NCBI GenBank assembly: GCA_051294375.1
Contig: CM119265.1
Span: 26,764,694 to 26,828,693, forward strand
Direction: 5' to 3'
Length of the DNA stretch: 64,000 nucleotides
Origin: Paraspadella gotoi
Taxonomy: Eukaryota > Animalia > Chaetognatha
Shown: positions 41,768 through 55,074 of the stretch, one piece after another
How the letters are laid out: each line of letters starts with the position of its first letter
Position numbering within the stretch: position 1 is the first letter of the stretch
Notes under the pieces: model-generated
Databases searched by the model: none
The model's input: the letters and a program-made list of their open reading frames with translations, nothing else
Told to the model about the DNA's origin: nothing
Made by a program: the position numbers and the translations under genes

Positions 41768-42601
41768 TATCTTAAACAATTTTATTTAATCGTCCAATTC
41801 TTAAACGTTTTCCCGATTAATCCGCTCACAGTGCAGACCGCCGGAAGCGTCTCGACGCCACTCTCCGGTTTTTTTCACGCGCCACGGCGGTCGGCGGGGG
41901 CGAGGCGTTTATGAGCCGGGCGCGACGGAGAGAGATCGTGACACTTCGCGCGCGACGCAGGGGGCGTGGCGCGAGGCGAGTGACGCCACGAGTGACGGTT
42001 AATGAGTCGAATAGCGTCTTTTTTAAATAAAAAAAAAGGGTTTTTTTTTTAAAGTTTTTTATTGATAATTATTTCTTCTTTTTTTTTTTCTCGTTGGTTT
42101 AATGGAAACGAGGCTATCATTTGATCCCAAGACGGACTGTTGCTTGATCGTATTTTAATAATGAGATCGTTATAGAGATGTTTAATTAATTATTTATCTG
42201 GGTGGAATTTGATTTTTTTTCCTTAGCAGCCTTTGGTATAAAGCCAAAAGATAATGTTTTAACTTTTAAGCTTTTTTATTTATAATTTTTTTTATTATTT
42301 CTTAACTTAATCTTTTTGGGAGTTTTAAACTTTTAAACTTATCGTTCTCGATATATTTCATTTTTTCCTTTCGCTTTTGCCCTTTCTTCTTTTATTCTCT
42401 TTGTCGTAATCCCATCTTCTCTTTTTTTAATCTTTTCCTCTCTTAAAATCTCTCTTCTTCTCTCTGGGTTCCTTGGCGAAATAATCTCGGGGTCTTTATG
42501 AAATCATCAACGGCTCAACCATCGACCATAGATAACCGAACTCCCATTATCAGCGCCAATAGGGAACTGAGAGAGGAGGAGAGAGGAGGAGAGCAGAGAG
42601 A

Positions 42602-42672
<71 letters not shown>

Positions 42673-42748
42673 AGGAGAGAGAGAGAGGGGGGAAAGAGGG
42701 AGGGAGAGAGAGAGAGAAGAGAGAGGAGAGGGAGGGAAAGGGAGGAGA

Positions 42749-42792
<44 letters not shown>

Positions 42793-43017
42793 GAGAGAGA
42801 GAGAGAAATGAAGAAATAATAAAACGGAGGACATACGGACAGTCAGAACAGCAGAAGAGACAGATAAAAGGCTAACAAAAAAAACATACAGACAGAAAGA
42901 CTGACAGACAGACAACCGGCGGAAAAAGAAGAAATAGATAAAAAAGAAATAGGGAGGACAAAAGAGGCGAAGCAAGAGAGGAGAAAATAAAAAACATAGA
43001 CCAGCCGTTGAAGCAGA

Positions 43018-43050
<33 letters not shown>

Positions 43051-43105
43051 NNNNNNNNNNNNNNNNNNNNNNNNNNNNNNNNNNNNNNNNNNNNNNNNNN
43101 NNNNN

Positions 43106-43256
43106 CCGCCGTGGTGTGGCGAAAAAATTCCCCTCACCTCTTCTCTTAATCCGGGGGCTGCCTCACCCTGATTTCCGTATGCAACCAGCGACCGTGCAAT
43201 CGTCGAGTCGCTGACCTTTCCCAAATGTCTCTCCACTTTCCTGGCTGCGTCTTCGA
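43106..43256 (-). mobile_element. Possible Tc1/mariner-like HTH fragment on a small contig between gaps
   Basis: EDAARKVERHLGKVSDSTIARSL resembles an HTH recognition-helix pattern (VSxSTIxRxL). Too short to be certain. Confidence 0.25.
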
Positions 43257-43549
43257 NNNNNNNNNNNNNNNNNNNNNNNNNNNNNNNNNNNNNNNNNNNN
43301 NNNNNNNNNNNNNNNNNNNNNNNNNNNNNNNNNNNNNNNNNNNNNNNNNNNNNNNNNNNNNNNNNNNNNNNNNNNNNNNNNNNNNNNNNNNNNNNNNNNN
43401 NNNNNNNNNNNNNNNNNNNNNNNNNNNNNNNNNNNNNNNNNNNNNNNNNNNNNNNNNNNNNNNNNNNNNNNNNNNNNNNNNNNNNNAGGGTGTTCGGTGA
43501 GTGTGAAGCTTTGCCACGTATTTGAAATGGCAGGGGGTTAAGGAGGAGG

Positions 43550-43597
<48 letters not shown>

Positions 43598-43736
43598 CTC
43601 GGTTCCAAAACACTTAATTGGAATTTTATCAATCTTTTTTCCTTCTCCTCCCAACGTTTAAATGTCACTTTATAAGTGAAGGAATTCAGTTGAGGAGAAA
43701 ATCGTTTCGATTCTGTCGACCGAAAAAAAAAGAGGC

Positions 43737-44126
43737 TTCGATTCTTTTGATGGGAAAATAAAAAAGGGTTTGATTCTTTTGATGGGAAAATAAAAAAGTN
43801 NNNNNNNNNNNNNNNNNNNNNNNNNNNNNNNNNNNNNNNNNNNNNNNNNNNNNNNNNNNNNNNNNNNNNNNNNNNNNNNNNNNNNNNNNNNNNNNNNNNN
43901 NNNNNNNNNNNNNNNNNNNNNNNNNNNNNNNNNNNNNNNNNNNNNNNNNNNNNNNNNNNNNNNNNNNNNNNNNNNNNNNNNNNNNNNNNNNNNNNNNNNN
44001 NNNNNNNAAGTTTGATTCTTTTGATGGGAAAATAAAAAAGTTTGATTTTTTGGATAGGAAAATAAAAAAGGGTTTGATACTTTTGATCGGAAAATAAAAT
44101 GGGATTTGATTCTTTTGATGGGAAAA
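43737..44126. repeat. Minisatellite of about 30 bp spanning an assembly gap
   Basis: Unit ttgattcttttgatgggaaaataaaaaag(gg)t on both sides of the N run. Confidence 0.85.
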
Positions 44127-44977
44127 GTAATTTGGGACCAAGGAAAGTAGAAAAGATAAAAATTTTAGTTTTTCATATCTTAACCTTGTATTTTATTCAA
44201 CCAATTTATTATAATATAATTTTGTCATTTTTATACTCCATAAAGCTGAACTTAAGACATTCACGACCATAGTTATTTTTAAGAGATTAGAATTTAAGAA
44301 GTGAATTTTAGCACCTAAAAATGAATAAAAATTAAATTTCCTCTCACAGAAATCTTCGTTTCACAGTGAATTTCTTTTCTAACGCCAGAAAAAAATCTCG
44401 CGTTTTAGAGATGAGACAGTTTTATGCGAATCCGAGATGATAATCGAACGCATAAACATTTAAAAGGGAGACGGAGTGATTTGTGACGCCTGAGGAGAGA
44501 GAGAGAGANNNNNNNNNNNNNNNNNNNNNNNNNNNNNNNNNNNNNNNNNNNNNNNNNNNNNNNNNNNNNNNNNNNNNNNNNNNNNNNNNNNNNNNNNNNN
44601 NNNNNNNNNNNNNNNNNNNNNNNNNNNNNNNNNNNNNNNNNNNNNNNNNNNNNNNNNNNNNNNNNNNNNNNNNNNNNNNNNNNNNNNNNNNNNNNNNNNN
44701 NNNNNNNNNNNNNNNNNNNNNNNNTACGTCGGTGGACGGCGTCGCCGCCGCCTTAACTGGCGGACGGGAAAACGAGAGTCGTTTAAACGCTACTACGATA
44801 GAGAGGGAGTGGGAGAGAGATTCCCCACCCATGGCGTCATCCACTCTCTCTCTATCTCTTTTTTCTTCTCGCTCTCTCTCCGCTTGCAATCTCCCTCTCG
44901 CTCGACCGGGTTTCCAAAGGTTAAGACCTGCGCCGGATACTGTCATGAGAATTTGGGGTTCCGGTGAAAACAATGGG

Positions 44978-45088
<111 letters not shown>

Positions 45089-48000
45089 AGGAGAGGCAAA
45101 GAGATGAAGAGAGAGAGAGAGCAAGATAGGCCTTCGACTAAGTCCTTGACTGACTTGTACACTTGAAATGCAGCCTTTTTATAAAAATAAGCGTAGCGAT
45201 GACCTAAATACATTTTGTTTTAAATTTTCTCAGTGAAGAAGATTAAAATTTAATTTGAAAATAATAATACAATAATCGAAACGAGGTCTTTGTTTGTAAC
45301 AAATGCAACTGCATTTTTTCCAAACAAAGTGTATATTTTTCTCATAAAAATTATATTACAAGTTAATTGCGTCATTTCTCGCTTGATTCTGTTTCAAGAG
45401 TTTTTTAATGACTTTTAAAACTGGTGGGCAAAAACTCTACGGAAGGCGTGTGGATAGAACCCGACTACAGGCGTTGAAAGATACTTCAATATCCTTGTAT
45501 AAGATCATTAACTATCTCTTAAAAAAATGTATAGCCACGGTAAACACTAAAAAAATTTTTAAAAATTGAACCAAAGCAAAACAATAAAACAATATAGTAA
45601 GTATGAAATAAAACTTAACAATTAAACAATAAAACAACAATAAAACTAAACAATTAAACAATAAAACGACAAATAATTTTTTTAATGAGATAACGATACA
45701 CATATTCCGCCAAAGAAAATAAATATTGGGCGAAAATCCTTTAAAAGAAAAAAAACTTTCTGGCAGCTAAAGTATAAAAACCACTGACTTCTTGAGTGCG
45801 AGAGAGAGAGAGAGAGAGNNNNNNNNNNNNNNNNNNNNNNNNNNNNNNNNNNNNNNNNNNNNNNNNNNNNNNNNNNNNNNNNNNNNNNNNNNNNNNNNNN
45901 NNNNNNNNNNNNNNNNNNACAATCTCGACTACACAAGCCACATATGACCTCATAAAGTTTCCCTCTCAAAACAACAAAGAAAACCAAAAAACACATGTCA
46001 CCAGCAATATTCCATATTTCACAGTGTTAATAAGGTCCAACAATAAAACAGCAAAGGCAGTAATGATATCCTAATTAACATCCCCAGCCGATCACTCACA
46101 CCTCTTAACATCCGCAGTCAAAGCCGGTAAACAATTAAGTCTAACGGGTCAAACAGTAAACTACAAACAAAACGGAGCTAACCAATCACACAACGCACAA
46201 AACCACACAAATGAGACAGCCTGTAGACCGGCTACCCAATAATGCCGATAGACTACCGGTACTGTTAGAGCTACAAGTACAACCCCGCGTCAAATAGTGG
46301 AAGAGAAATCATCAATCCTGCGAATCATCTCATAATATCAGAGAGTTCAATAACGTTGCTAAAAAAAAAAAAAAACAAAAGGAGGGAGAAAAACCACAAA
46401 CATCACACGAGAACATAACATTATATCGACAATTAGAGATAATAATGACTGGATATAAAACTAATCCTACATCGACGACGCAGTCGAGCAACGCAAACAT
46501 AACTGCGGGGCCGTGGGCCAAAGCTCATGCTCGCTGATCGCCATCTGGGACTCGCATTTGCCGACCGCATTCTGACGCCTATGTCCGATCCGCTTCTCCA
46601 GTGTTGACCCATCTGACCCATCTTCGACCCTATCTGAACCAGTTGGCACGATCTGATACGAGTCTGACTCCTGAGTTTCGGATACCTCACTCTGTCCCAT
46701 GCCATCTCACGCCCATCGCGAGTGTCTGCCGAACCCACCCGCATCACGCCAAGTGCCGAGATCCCTGAGTGGAGACGCATTTCCCGAACAAGTGGTCGCG
46801 CCGTCTCTTTCTACTCCCCACCTCCCATCGCCCTGACTGCGCTAGGGACTCTCTGTGCGCCCTGCCTGGCAACCAAGGCCCCATCCTATACCAGAACCTC
46901 TGCGTAAGCATCCTCTACGCGCCCTCCTGTACCTTCGACCTCTCCCAGGACTCGTGAGCCGCGTGACGCTACCCCGCGCCTCCCCCCTCCCCCGTGCCCC
47001 CCGCCTCTTGTTTACTCGCACCGGGTCGCTTGATCCTTTCCCGCCTTTCTACCTTACCCCCGTTCCCCCGACCGCTTCTACTTGGATCTCCTTTCTCTCT
47101 TCCCTACCGCCACTCCTTCCCTGCCTCTACCCGCTCTCCCCTCCCTTTCGTTCATACGCTCTTGTCCCAATCTCCTTCCCAACAACGCAACCCCGCGCCC
47201 CCAACAGCCGCGCCCTCAGCGCCCCCTCTCCTGAGCCCCACACACTCCCAGCCCCCTTCTACCCCATGGAGCCGTTGAAACTTAGGCCCCACAGGATCCT
47301 GTCCGGAGCAGCACAGGCCAAATAACCGCCCAGGGGAAGCCTCCACGGAAGGACCGTCCCCTCACTTTTCCCCCTGCCTCTCCCCTGCTCTTTTCTCTCC
47401 TCCTCTCCCTCCTACCCACATTCCGCTCTACCTCACTCATTCAGAGACCTCTCCCACTGTGCCCTGTAACCCCCCGGCACACCCCCTCCAACCAACTCCC
47501 CTCCTCGACCACTCGCCCTCCCCATTAGCTCCACCACGCGTCGCTCACTGCTATCGAATTCCTCCTCTCACCCTCCCCTCCTCCTCCGCCGCGTCCCCAC
47601 TCACCATAGCCCCCTAACCACCCCGCCCTTCCAACGCGTCCTCTCCCTATCCGGCTAGCGCCGTAGTTGCTGACTGGATCATAAGCCCGGAACACCCCTC
47701 TCCAGACGCCTCGTTGACAGGCGTCCGAGCGAACCCGTAATCAGTCAAATCGTGTCGGAATCCGACGCCGCGCCCGCACCCGCATCCACGCCTGTAGATG
47801 GAACACTCAACGTTACTTGCCAACGCTGCCGTCACCATCACTCTGCTGCGGCGCCGCAGATGTCGACGCCACCTCGATTGGAGGAAGCGTCGGGATATAC
47901 ACTTTGAACACTCGTAGAATATAAATGAATATGAATTAGAACAAATGAATTACACAAAAACAAAATGCTAGAGCAACTGACTAAACAATGATCCTGCTCT

Positions 48001-48449
48001 AGACAATATTACAATACAATTACGACAACGATCAGACGCAACGATCTACATTAGAGAACTTGTCTGTCTATTTAATATCAAACCATGAATGCACAAAAAA
48101 ATCAAAAAAAACACAAAAAAAAATAAAAAAAAAGTAATAAGAGAATTGCAAAAAAAGAACACTGCAATTCGATAAAAAAAAGATGAAAAAAAAAAAACAA
48201 AAAAAAATTAACAAAAAAGCAGCAGAGAGACACAACACAAGAATAATCTCTTATGAAATGAAACAAAAAAATAAAACAAAAGAGAAAAAAATTAGCTCTT
48301 TAACAAAAAAATAAGAAAAGTGAAGAAAACCTTGTGAACTTTTAAATTTTTCTTTCCTCAGTTTTTTTTTATTTCCTTCTTTCTTTCCTCCTCTCGTCTC
48401 TTACACACACAATAGAAAGACATGCATTCACTGAGCTAAATATACTCAC

Positions 48450-49344
48450 AGAGGACGCTGCCAGGGGCGAAGCCCGTCTCCCGATGCAATGGAGCCTTCC
48501 ATTGGTAACTCCCCATAGTAGATCCGATTCCTCACAGTGCCTCCAACAACCGGAGCCGCCACTCGCTCCACTGCCTGGCCGTCCTCCTCCACCACGATGA
48601 CCTCCCCGGGCGCCACAACCCGGAGATAGGACATCGAGCCCACGCGGCCACTCCCATCAGCAACGGCGGTCGCCGGTCCGGTATGAGACGTCCCGGCGTA
48701 GCCCTCCTCGCAACTGAAAGAATAAAGAATCAAACATTCCATTCCTTTCTATTACAAGTTAATCGTTTAGTTACAACACAGTAAGCTAAGTCAAATCTGT
48801 GCTGTCACACATTTTCCATATTTATACAAATAAACATAAACGAGCAAAAATAAACAGACATTAAACTACACATATTGAGCATGAAAATAAGTAAAGAAAA
48901 ATTCCATATTCACACACATTACTATATCCACTTTATTTCACACATTACATACTCCATATTTCATCACATATTTACACATTACATTCACATAATTTACACA
49001 TATATCATATATAAACAAATAACATGACCACCTTGAAACCATTGACTCCAGCAAAGCAACGAGCCGGTGATATACCGGCCCGAATCGGGACTGTGAGTTG
49101 AGGAAGGCGCTCCTCAGCCCATACCAGTGCCCCATGCCAAGTAGGGCGCTCCCCGATCCTAATATTTCCAAAATACTCCGCCTCCACCAGACGAAGCAAC
49201 AAGACCATGTTGGACGGCGCCGCGCCTTGCGCGCCGACCAACGTGGCCAGGAACGCGAGGACGCCTCGTAGAGAGACGCCCGCCGCCATGGCCGCGCCAC
49301 AAGCGCACGCATCCGGGGTCAAGTCAGCTGCATCGTCGAGTTCC
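48450..49344 (-). CDS. Two putative exons of an unknown gene (49344-about 49030 and 48713-48450) within the virus-like island
   Basis: GC-rich open frames (ELDDAADLTPDACACGAA...; CEEGYAGTSHTG...LRPWQRP) separated by AT-rich spacers. Both begin after tttcag acceptors and the second ends at a gtgagt donor. No domain recognised; phase join uncertain. Confidence 0.35.
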
Positions 49345-50476
49345 TGAAAATTAAATTTGTTTTCCATTTTACATAAAACCGAACAAGTTCGAAAAGTATT
49401 AAAAAGAATTGAAATAGGAATATTTTTTTTTACACTTTACTAAGACAAACTCACCAACTAAATATCGCAAAAATAAAAAAACAGTAGAATTGATGACAAG
49501 TTGAGTTTGGGTTGGGAGAGATGAACGTCTTAGGATGAAGAAATTTTTTTTGGGAAGAAATCTTTGAGTAGAGTTGAGCTGAGTGAATCGTTTGTGCTGG
49601 AGCAGACAAGTGGACTTTCCTTTCCTGAGATTGAGTGAGAGATGAAGAGCAGTCACATCCGACGTTAACCCTTGACCAGAAGAGAGATCACTGACCGGGA
49701 AGAGGACCACTAGCCTCTCAGTCTCGGCTCTCGACGAGAGACGAGCCCCGCTAATTACTGATGTAAAAACACTTAAATCTAAATACTGCCGCCGATCGAA
49801 CCCGATCACTAATCGAGATGAGGAAGACTGCGCACTGCGACATAGCGAAGAAGAAGAGCGAGACGAAGAAGAGGATTCCGACGAGAAGTCGAGCCGCCGA
49901 GGAAAATCGAATTGAATCGCTGCCATGACAACGAATAAACAACTAAGCGAGAAAAGAAGACTGCGCAAAACTAGCAATTAGGACACTGTAAACACTATAC
50001 TATACTATACTATACGACGCACTCGTACCGTAGTAGTGGTCACCCCCCCCACCATTCCAAATTTTTCCTCCACTTTTTCTCCATTGGTCTAGATAACTGT
50101 AAATTCATACGACGATGTATTTCGTTAAGTTAATATGTGGCTCCCATTGTCCATTAGGTGAAATTTGAAAAATAAACATTGCAAACTATAGAGCTGTAAA
50201 AAGAAATTGCCGACTGAAGATAAAAAGGGCGAGTGCCACGCCACCTCCAATTCCTTTCTTTCACCACATACCCCCCATCACCTTTTCTTTTCCATCCGCG
50301 CTGGCCTCCTTTCCCATGGCCGCGCAAGCTCACATTTAGGGATCGCACATTGCGTAAATACTTCCATATTGGTTTCCCATATTATCTCCATAACCTCTCC
50401 AGCACTGAAACACTCACCACGACATACCCGTGGTCCAGTTGTAATCCATACACTTTGCACTAACAAAACGTGCAAG

Positions 50477-51067
50477 ATGCCACGAACCCAGCTTCCCCTC
50501 CTTATCCCCCTTTTCTCCCTCATTTCAACCAATCCCACGGCCGCTTTTTCGGGCTTTGACTGCCCCGACCGCCGCACGACGATCCTAAGCACTGAGCAAA
50601 CAGAAAAATTGATAACGAAGGATCCAAAAGAATTCAAATTCATACTACGGGAACACACTTTCCAAGCCATATGACAAGCCGACATTGCTTACATGCTGTT
50701 GTCAAAACACGGCTTCGTATCACTAAACAAAGTAGATTCGAAATCTGACAAAGGCCTGGTAGCCGCGGTGGTCAATGACAAGGCGCTTTGCTTGCAATGT
50801 CACGAGACCGCGATAGCCCCGATACATCAAGAAGGGGAGTGCTACCAAAATCCCCCCATAGACTACCAAATGGCAAGGGAAATTCCTTTGCAACCCCCAA
50901 CCACTCTGCTTGCTACAGCCCAAAGATAGATACACATCCACATGAGAGTGACCACACACTAGAACGCGGGCTTACTTTACAATACACTTCAAAACAATTA
51001 CTTTACATATATCAGCGCCTATTACTCCCAGGGATGCTGGAGGCGATGAATATGCCCCGCCTCCACT
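50477..51067 (+). pseudogene. Chuvirus-like (class III fusogen) glycoprotein remnant, an endogenous viral element or env-like gene; in-frame stop at 50672-50674, a frameshift, large internal deletion; runs into a gap
   Basis: Signal-peptide-like MPRTQLPLLIPLFSLISTNPTAA followed by FSGFDC (cf. GYDC). Then ADIAYMLLSKHGF (cf. DEFAYRLMKGPGY), AVVNDKALCLQCHETAIAPIHQEGECYQNPPIDYQ...LQPPTTLL (cf. GEVIHIIKC...EECYQELPVTY...FLTPRTRIL) and LQYTSKQLLYIYQRLLLPGMLEAMN (cf. GIYTQEDL..LRDHIMFP). Motif order is collinear; comparison is from memory. Confidence 0.68.
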
Positions 51068-52472
51068 NNNNNNNNNNNNNNNNNNNNNNNNNNNNNNNNN
51101 NNNNNNNNNNNNNNNNNNNNNNNNNNNNNNNNNNNNNNNNNNNNNNNNNNNNNNNNNNNNNNNNNNNNNNNNNNNNNNNNNNNNNNNNNNNNNNNNNNNN
51201 NNNNNNNNNNNNNNNNNNNNNNNNNNNNNNNNNNNNNNNNNNNNNNNNNNNNNNNNNNNNNNNNNNNNNNNNNNNNNNNNNNNNNNNNNNNNNNNNNNNN
51301 NNNNNNNNNNNNNNNNNNNNNNNNNNNNNNNNNNNNNNNNNNNNNNNNNATTTCGCCTCCCCTAACGCCTCCCTAAGCTTTTTTTAAGCTAAAAAAGGTT
51401 TTACGCACAATAGCGTCACTAAATTGTTATTATTTGATTGATTGCTATAATTAATTGATGATGATTTCTTCAATATTATTGTTTGTTATAATTGACTGTA
51501 TTTGACTAATGATTATTGATAATAGTATAATAGTATAATAATAAACACATTATTTAGTTATTCAAAAATCTCTCATTTTTCCTTTCTCCATTTTTCTATC
51601 TCTTGCTTTCTTTCTCTGTCTTTAAAAAAGAAATAAATAAATAAAATATGAATGAATGAAATGAAAAAAATGAAAAAAATATTTTAAAAACGAGTGAATG
51701 AAAAGNNNNNNNNNNNNNNNNNNNNNNNNNNNNNNNNNNNNNNNNNNNNNNNNNNNNNNNNNNNNNNNNNNNNNNNNNNNNNNNNNNNNNNNNNNNNNNN
51801 NNNNNNNNNNNNNNNNNNNNNNNNNNNNNNNNNNNNNNNNNNNNNNNNNNNNNNNNNNNNNNNNNNNNNNNNNNNNNNNNNNNNNNNNNNNNNNNNNNNN
51901 NNNNNNNNNNNNNNNNNNNNNNNNNNNNNNNNNNNNNNNNNNNNNNNNNNCAGTGGGTCTGGCAGGTAGGTTGGTTTAACCGGCCCATCAATCTTTAGCA
52001 AGAACCGTTCCGGCTAGGGCTAAAATTTGGGACATTAAGTAATTGGCGGTCCAAGCTAAGGGTGTAGATACATAGGAATGGGTTGTCAAACAGACATAAC
52101 GTGGATATTTTCACGATCAACATGACAGCTCCATATTTTAATAAAATGCCTAACTGCAAAGCATATAGTTACGAGTAATAATGATTTATAAGCCTTTCAA
52201 TATACGAATTATAATTAATTTTCTTCAAACTTCATTAAAATACTTTCGAAAAATATCTATGATCCACAATGTAACAACACGTGTTAATTAATAATTGATA
52301 AGGTTGATCTATAAAAAGTACAACACTGTTATTCCAAAATTCAAAACAATTTTGAAAAAGGAAACATGAGGAGCAATTATGCTAGCAAAAGAGTACTTCA
52401 TATAATAATTTCAGTGTAAATTTTCAAACACATAAAATCTATAGTAGCGGGTTTAGTTCTAAGAAATATAAG

Positions 52473-55035
52473 TCATGCTAAGAAAATTAATGCTGCGGCC
52501 AATTCCGGAACCATTCTAGCCGGTTTTCATATCAGAAGAATTTAGCCTTAGATGAGAAAATATTTCTCTTGCTACGGAAATTTGTGAGTGCCTGTTCGGG
52601 AGATGAGCAAACTATCGCGTCGACAGGTTGTAGGAATTTTGGGAATAGAAGAACAGATCTATGTCTCAAGACGCTTGAGCCTATTGACTCTCTTTATCTT
52701 TGTTCGGTTTCTGTGCAGAACCTTAATTTAAAATGCTACGAAAACACTATCGGCAATCCTGGAAGTTTTCGATGTTTCCCAGTGAATTAAGATAAGATTC
52801 AACTCCTGATTTCCGTGCCATTGCTTCCCTGACTTTGTTCTTGCTGCAGTAAAATGCAATGAATCGGTCGAAGTATAATGAGCTAACTCATCTCCCACCG
52901 CAGAAGTGGATTGCTCTCAGAATTTTTGCTTTGTGGTCGTTTTGCGCGGCGCTGGTGAGTAAGGGAGACGAGAGGCGCGGATCGATCTCAAGCGGCAGCA
53001 ACGAAGACATCATGTTTCGAAGTTTTTTTCTCTCCGCGTTTCGATCGCACGTGGCGACTTCCAAGAGCCCAGTTGTTTTGCCACCTTTTTTTAAATAAAA
53101 GCAACTTCCTCGCATTCGAGAAGGCATTTCACCTGGTGTAACAGGCTCTCTTTTTCTTTTTGAGAGCAGTAAGTGAGGCTTTTTTGAGGAATCTCAAGGA
53201 CCGCTACTAAGCTCTCAGCTCATCCCCACTCACGATCGCTAAGATGAAACTTCCTGCACTGCCAAGTCCTTGATGTAGTCCTTGAGCTCAAGAATCCGTT
53301 TAGGCCATTAAAAGTTTTACTTCCCCAGCGGGTTTTGTTCAACATTAATTGCCCCTTTGCCGCTGCGTCTTTATAAGAATCGAATCCATGTTCGGTGCAC
53401 GCAAGCTTTTTGAGCGACATATTGAAGCTTTCCTATGAAAGCCGCAGGGCGGCCACTTTTATTGCATCTTCTACTGCATATGAAGAGTATGGGGGCAGCA
53501 TGAATCTGTAAAGAGATTGCAAATTATTTTGTATATAAAGAAGAAGAAAATAATAAAATTAACAAAGAAATGCTCGACGGTAAAATACAAAATTTATATA
53601 TATACATATGTATTGGGCAACAGAAACAATAATAGAAAAGATAAAAATATATATATAAAAAAAAAGAGAAAGCAAGAAAGATAGAAAGATTACAAAAACA
53701 AGATGTAAAAAGTGAAAAAAGACGTACATATGTAAAGTGCTGTTTGATTCCAACGACCGCATTGCTTTTGTGAAAGAAAAAAAAAGATAAAAGAAATAAG
53801 TAAAGAAAGAAAGATAGAGATAAAAAAGTAAAGAAAGAAAGAAAAAAAAAGAAAGAAAGAAATAAAGAAGTAAAGAAAGAACGAATAAATGAATGAAAGA
53901 AAGAAAGAAAGAAAGAAAGAGAGAAATAAAGAGAGAAATAAAGAAGTAAAGAAGAAAAGAAATAAAAAAGTAAAGAAATAAAGAAAGAACGAATGAATGA
54001 ATGAAAGAAAAAGAAAAAAAAAGGAAAAGTAGAAAAACAGAGAGAGTAAGAGCGGGAGGAAAAGAGCAGGGAAAGTACGAAAGAGAAAAGAATTGGGGAT
54101 GACTTATTGATTTTAATAAATTAGCAATAAATGAACAGAAAAAATGAATTAAATGATGCATGAATGTAATGAATAAATTAATAAAATTCAAACAAATAAA
54201 TACATTTTAGGATTAAATGAATGTTTAGAATAAATGAATTTAGTACTATATTAAGTGGGGGAGATAAATTTCAAAATTTTTATGAGGAAAAAAAAATAAA
54301 AAAGCAGACCACAAAAAAGATAGCGACGATGAAGGAACCAAGGAAGAAGACAATAGAGGTAGCAAAAATATTAAAATCAAGTAGAATCAAATTCTAAATA
54401 GAAGATCACGAAAAGCTGTTGTTTTATTTTTCAATTTTCGCATTAGCCCATTCATAGTACTCCACGATAGAAAAGGTTAAAATTTTAAATATTTTTTTTC
54501 TTATTTAAAACAGATTCGAAATCCTCATGAAAAATTAAAAACAATTTTTTATATATAATGTTCTTTAGTCCAAGACTGTTCATGATCAACTATTAGAATT
54601 TTCTGCACTTTCACTATATTAGACAATAATTATGGGACGGAGGGAAGGAGAAAGGAGAAAAACAAGTGAAAGAGAGAAAGAAAGAGAAGATTTTATAAGT
54701 CAAATAAAGGTCTATGACAAACTTCATATGAATCTAGTTTGAAAGATTATCATGATGACGACGATAACATTTCTTACGGGATTGCGTCCCATAAATTTCT
54801 AAATAAGAAGAGAGAAAAAGACGAAACAAGTTTGAGCAAACAATGTTGGATTTGCACACAATAATTTAGCGGTAAGCAGCTTATTAGATGTCTGTCTTTC
54901 TTTCTTCCTTTCTTTTTTATTTCTTTCTTAAATAGATAAAAACTATCGATCATACAGCGATAAAACAATTACCATTTCGGCTCGTTAAAACTCACCATCA
55001 TGTTAATCAGCAATCAGCTATTCAATCATATTATC

Positions 55036-55074
<39 letters not shown>

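Noticed and set aside
45919-46330. BEL/Pao integrase C-terminal (DUF5641-like) remnant, from MRQPVDRL..VLLEL
   Set aside because: The resemblance is too short and weak, and no RT, RNase H or integrase motifs were seen in the island.
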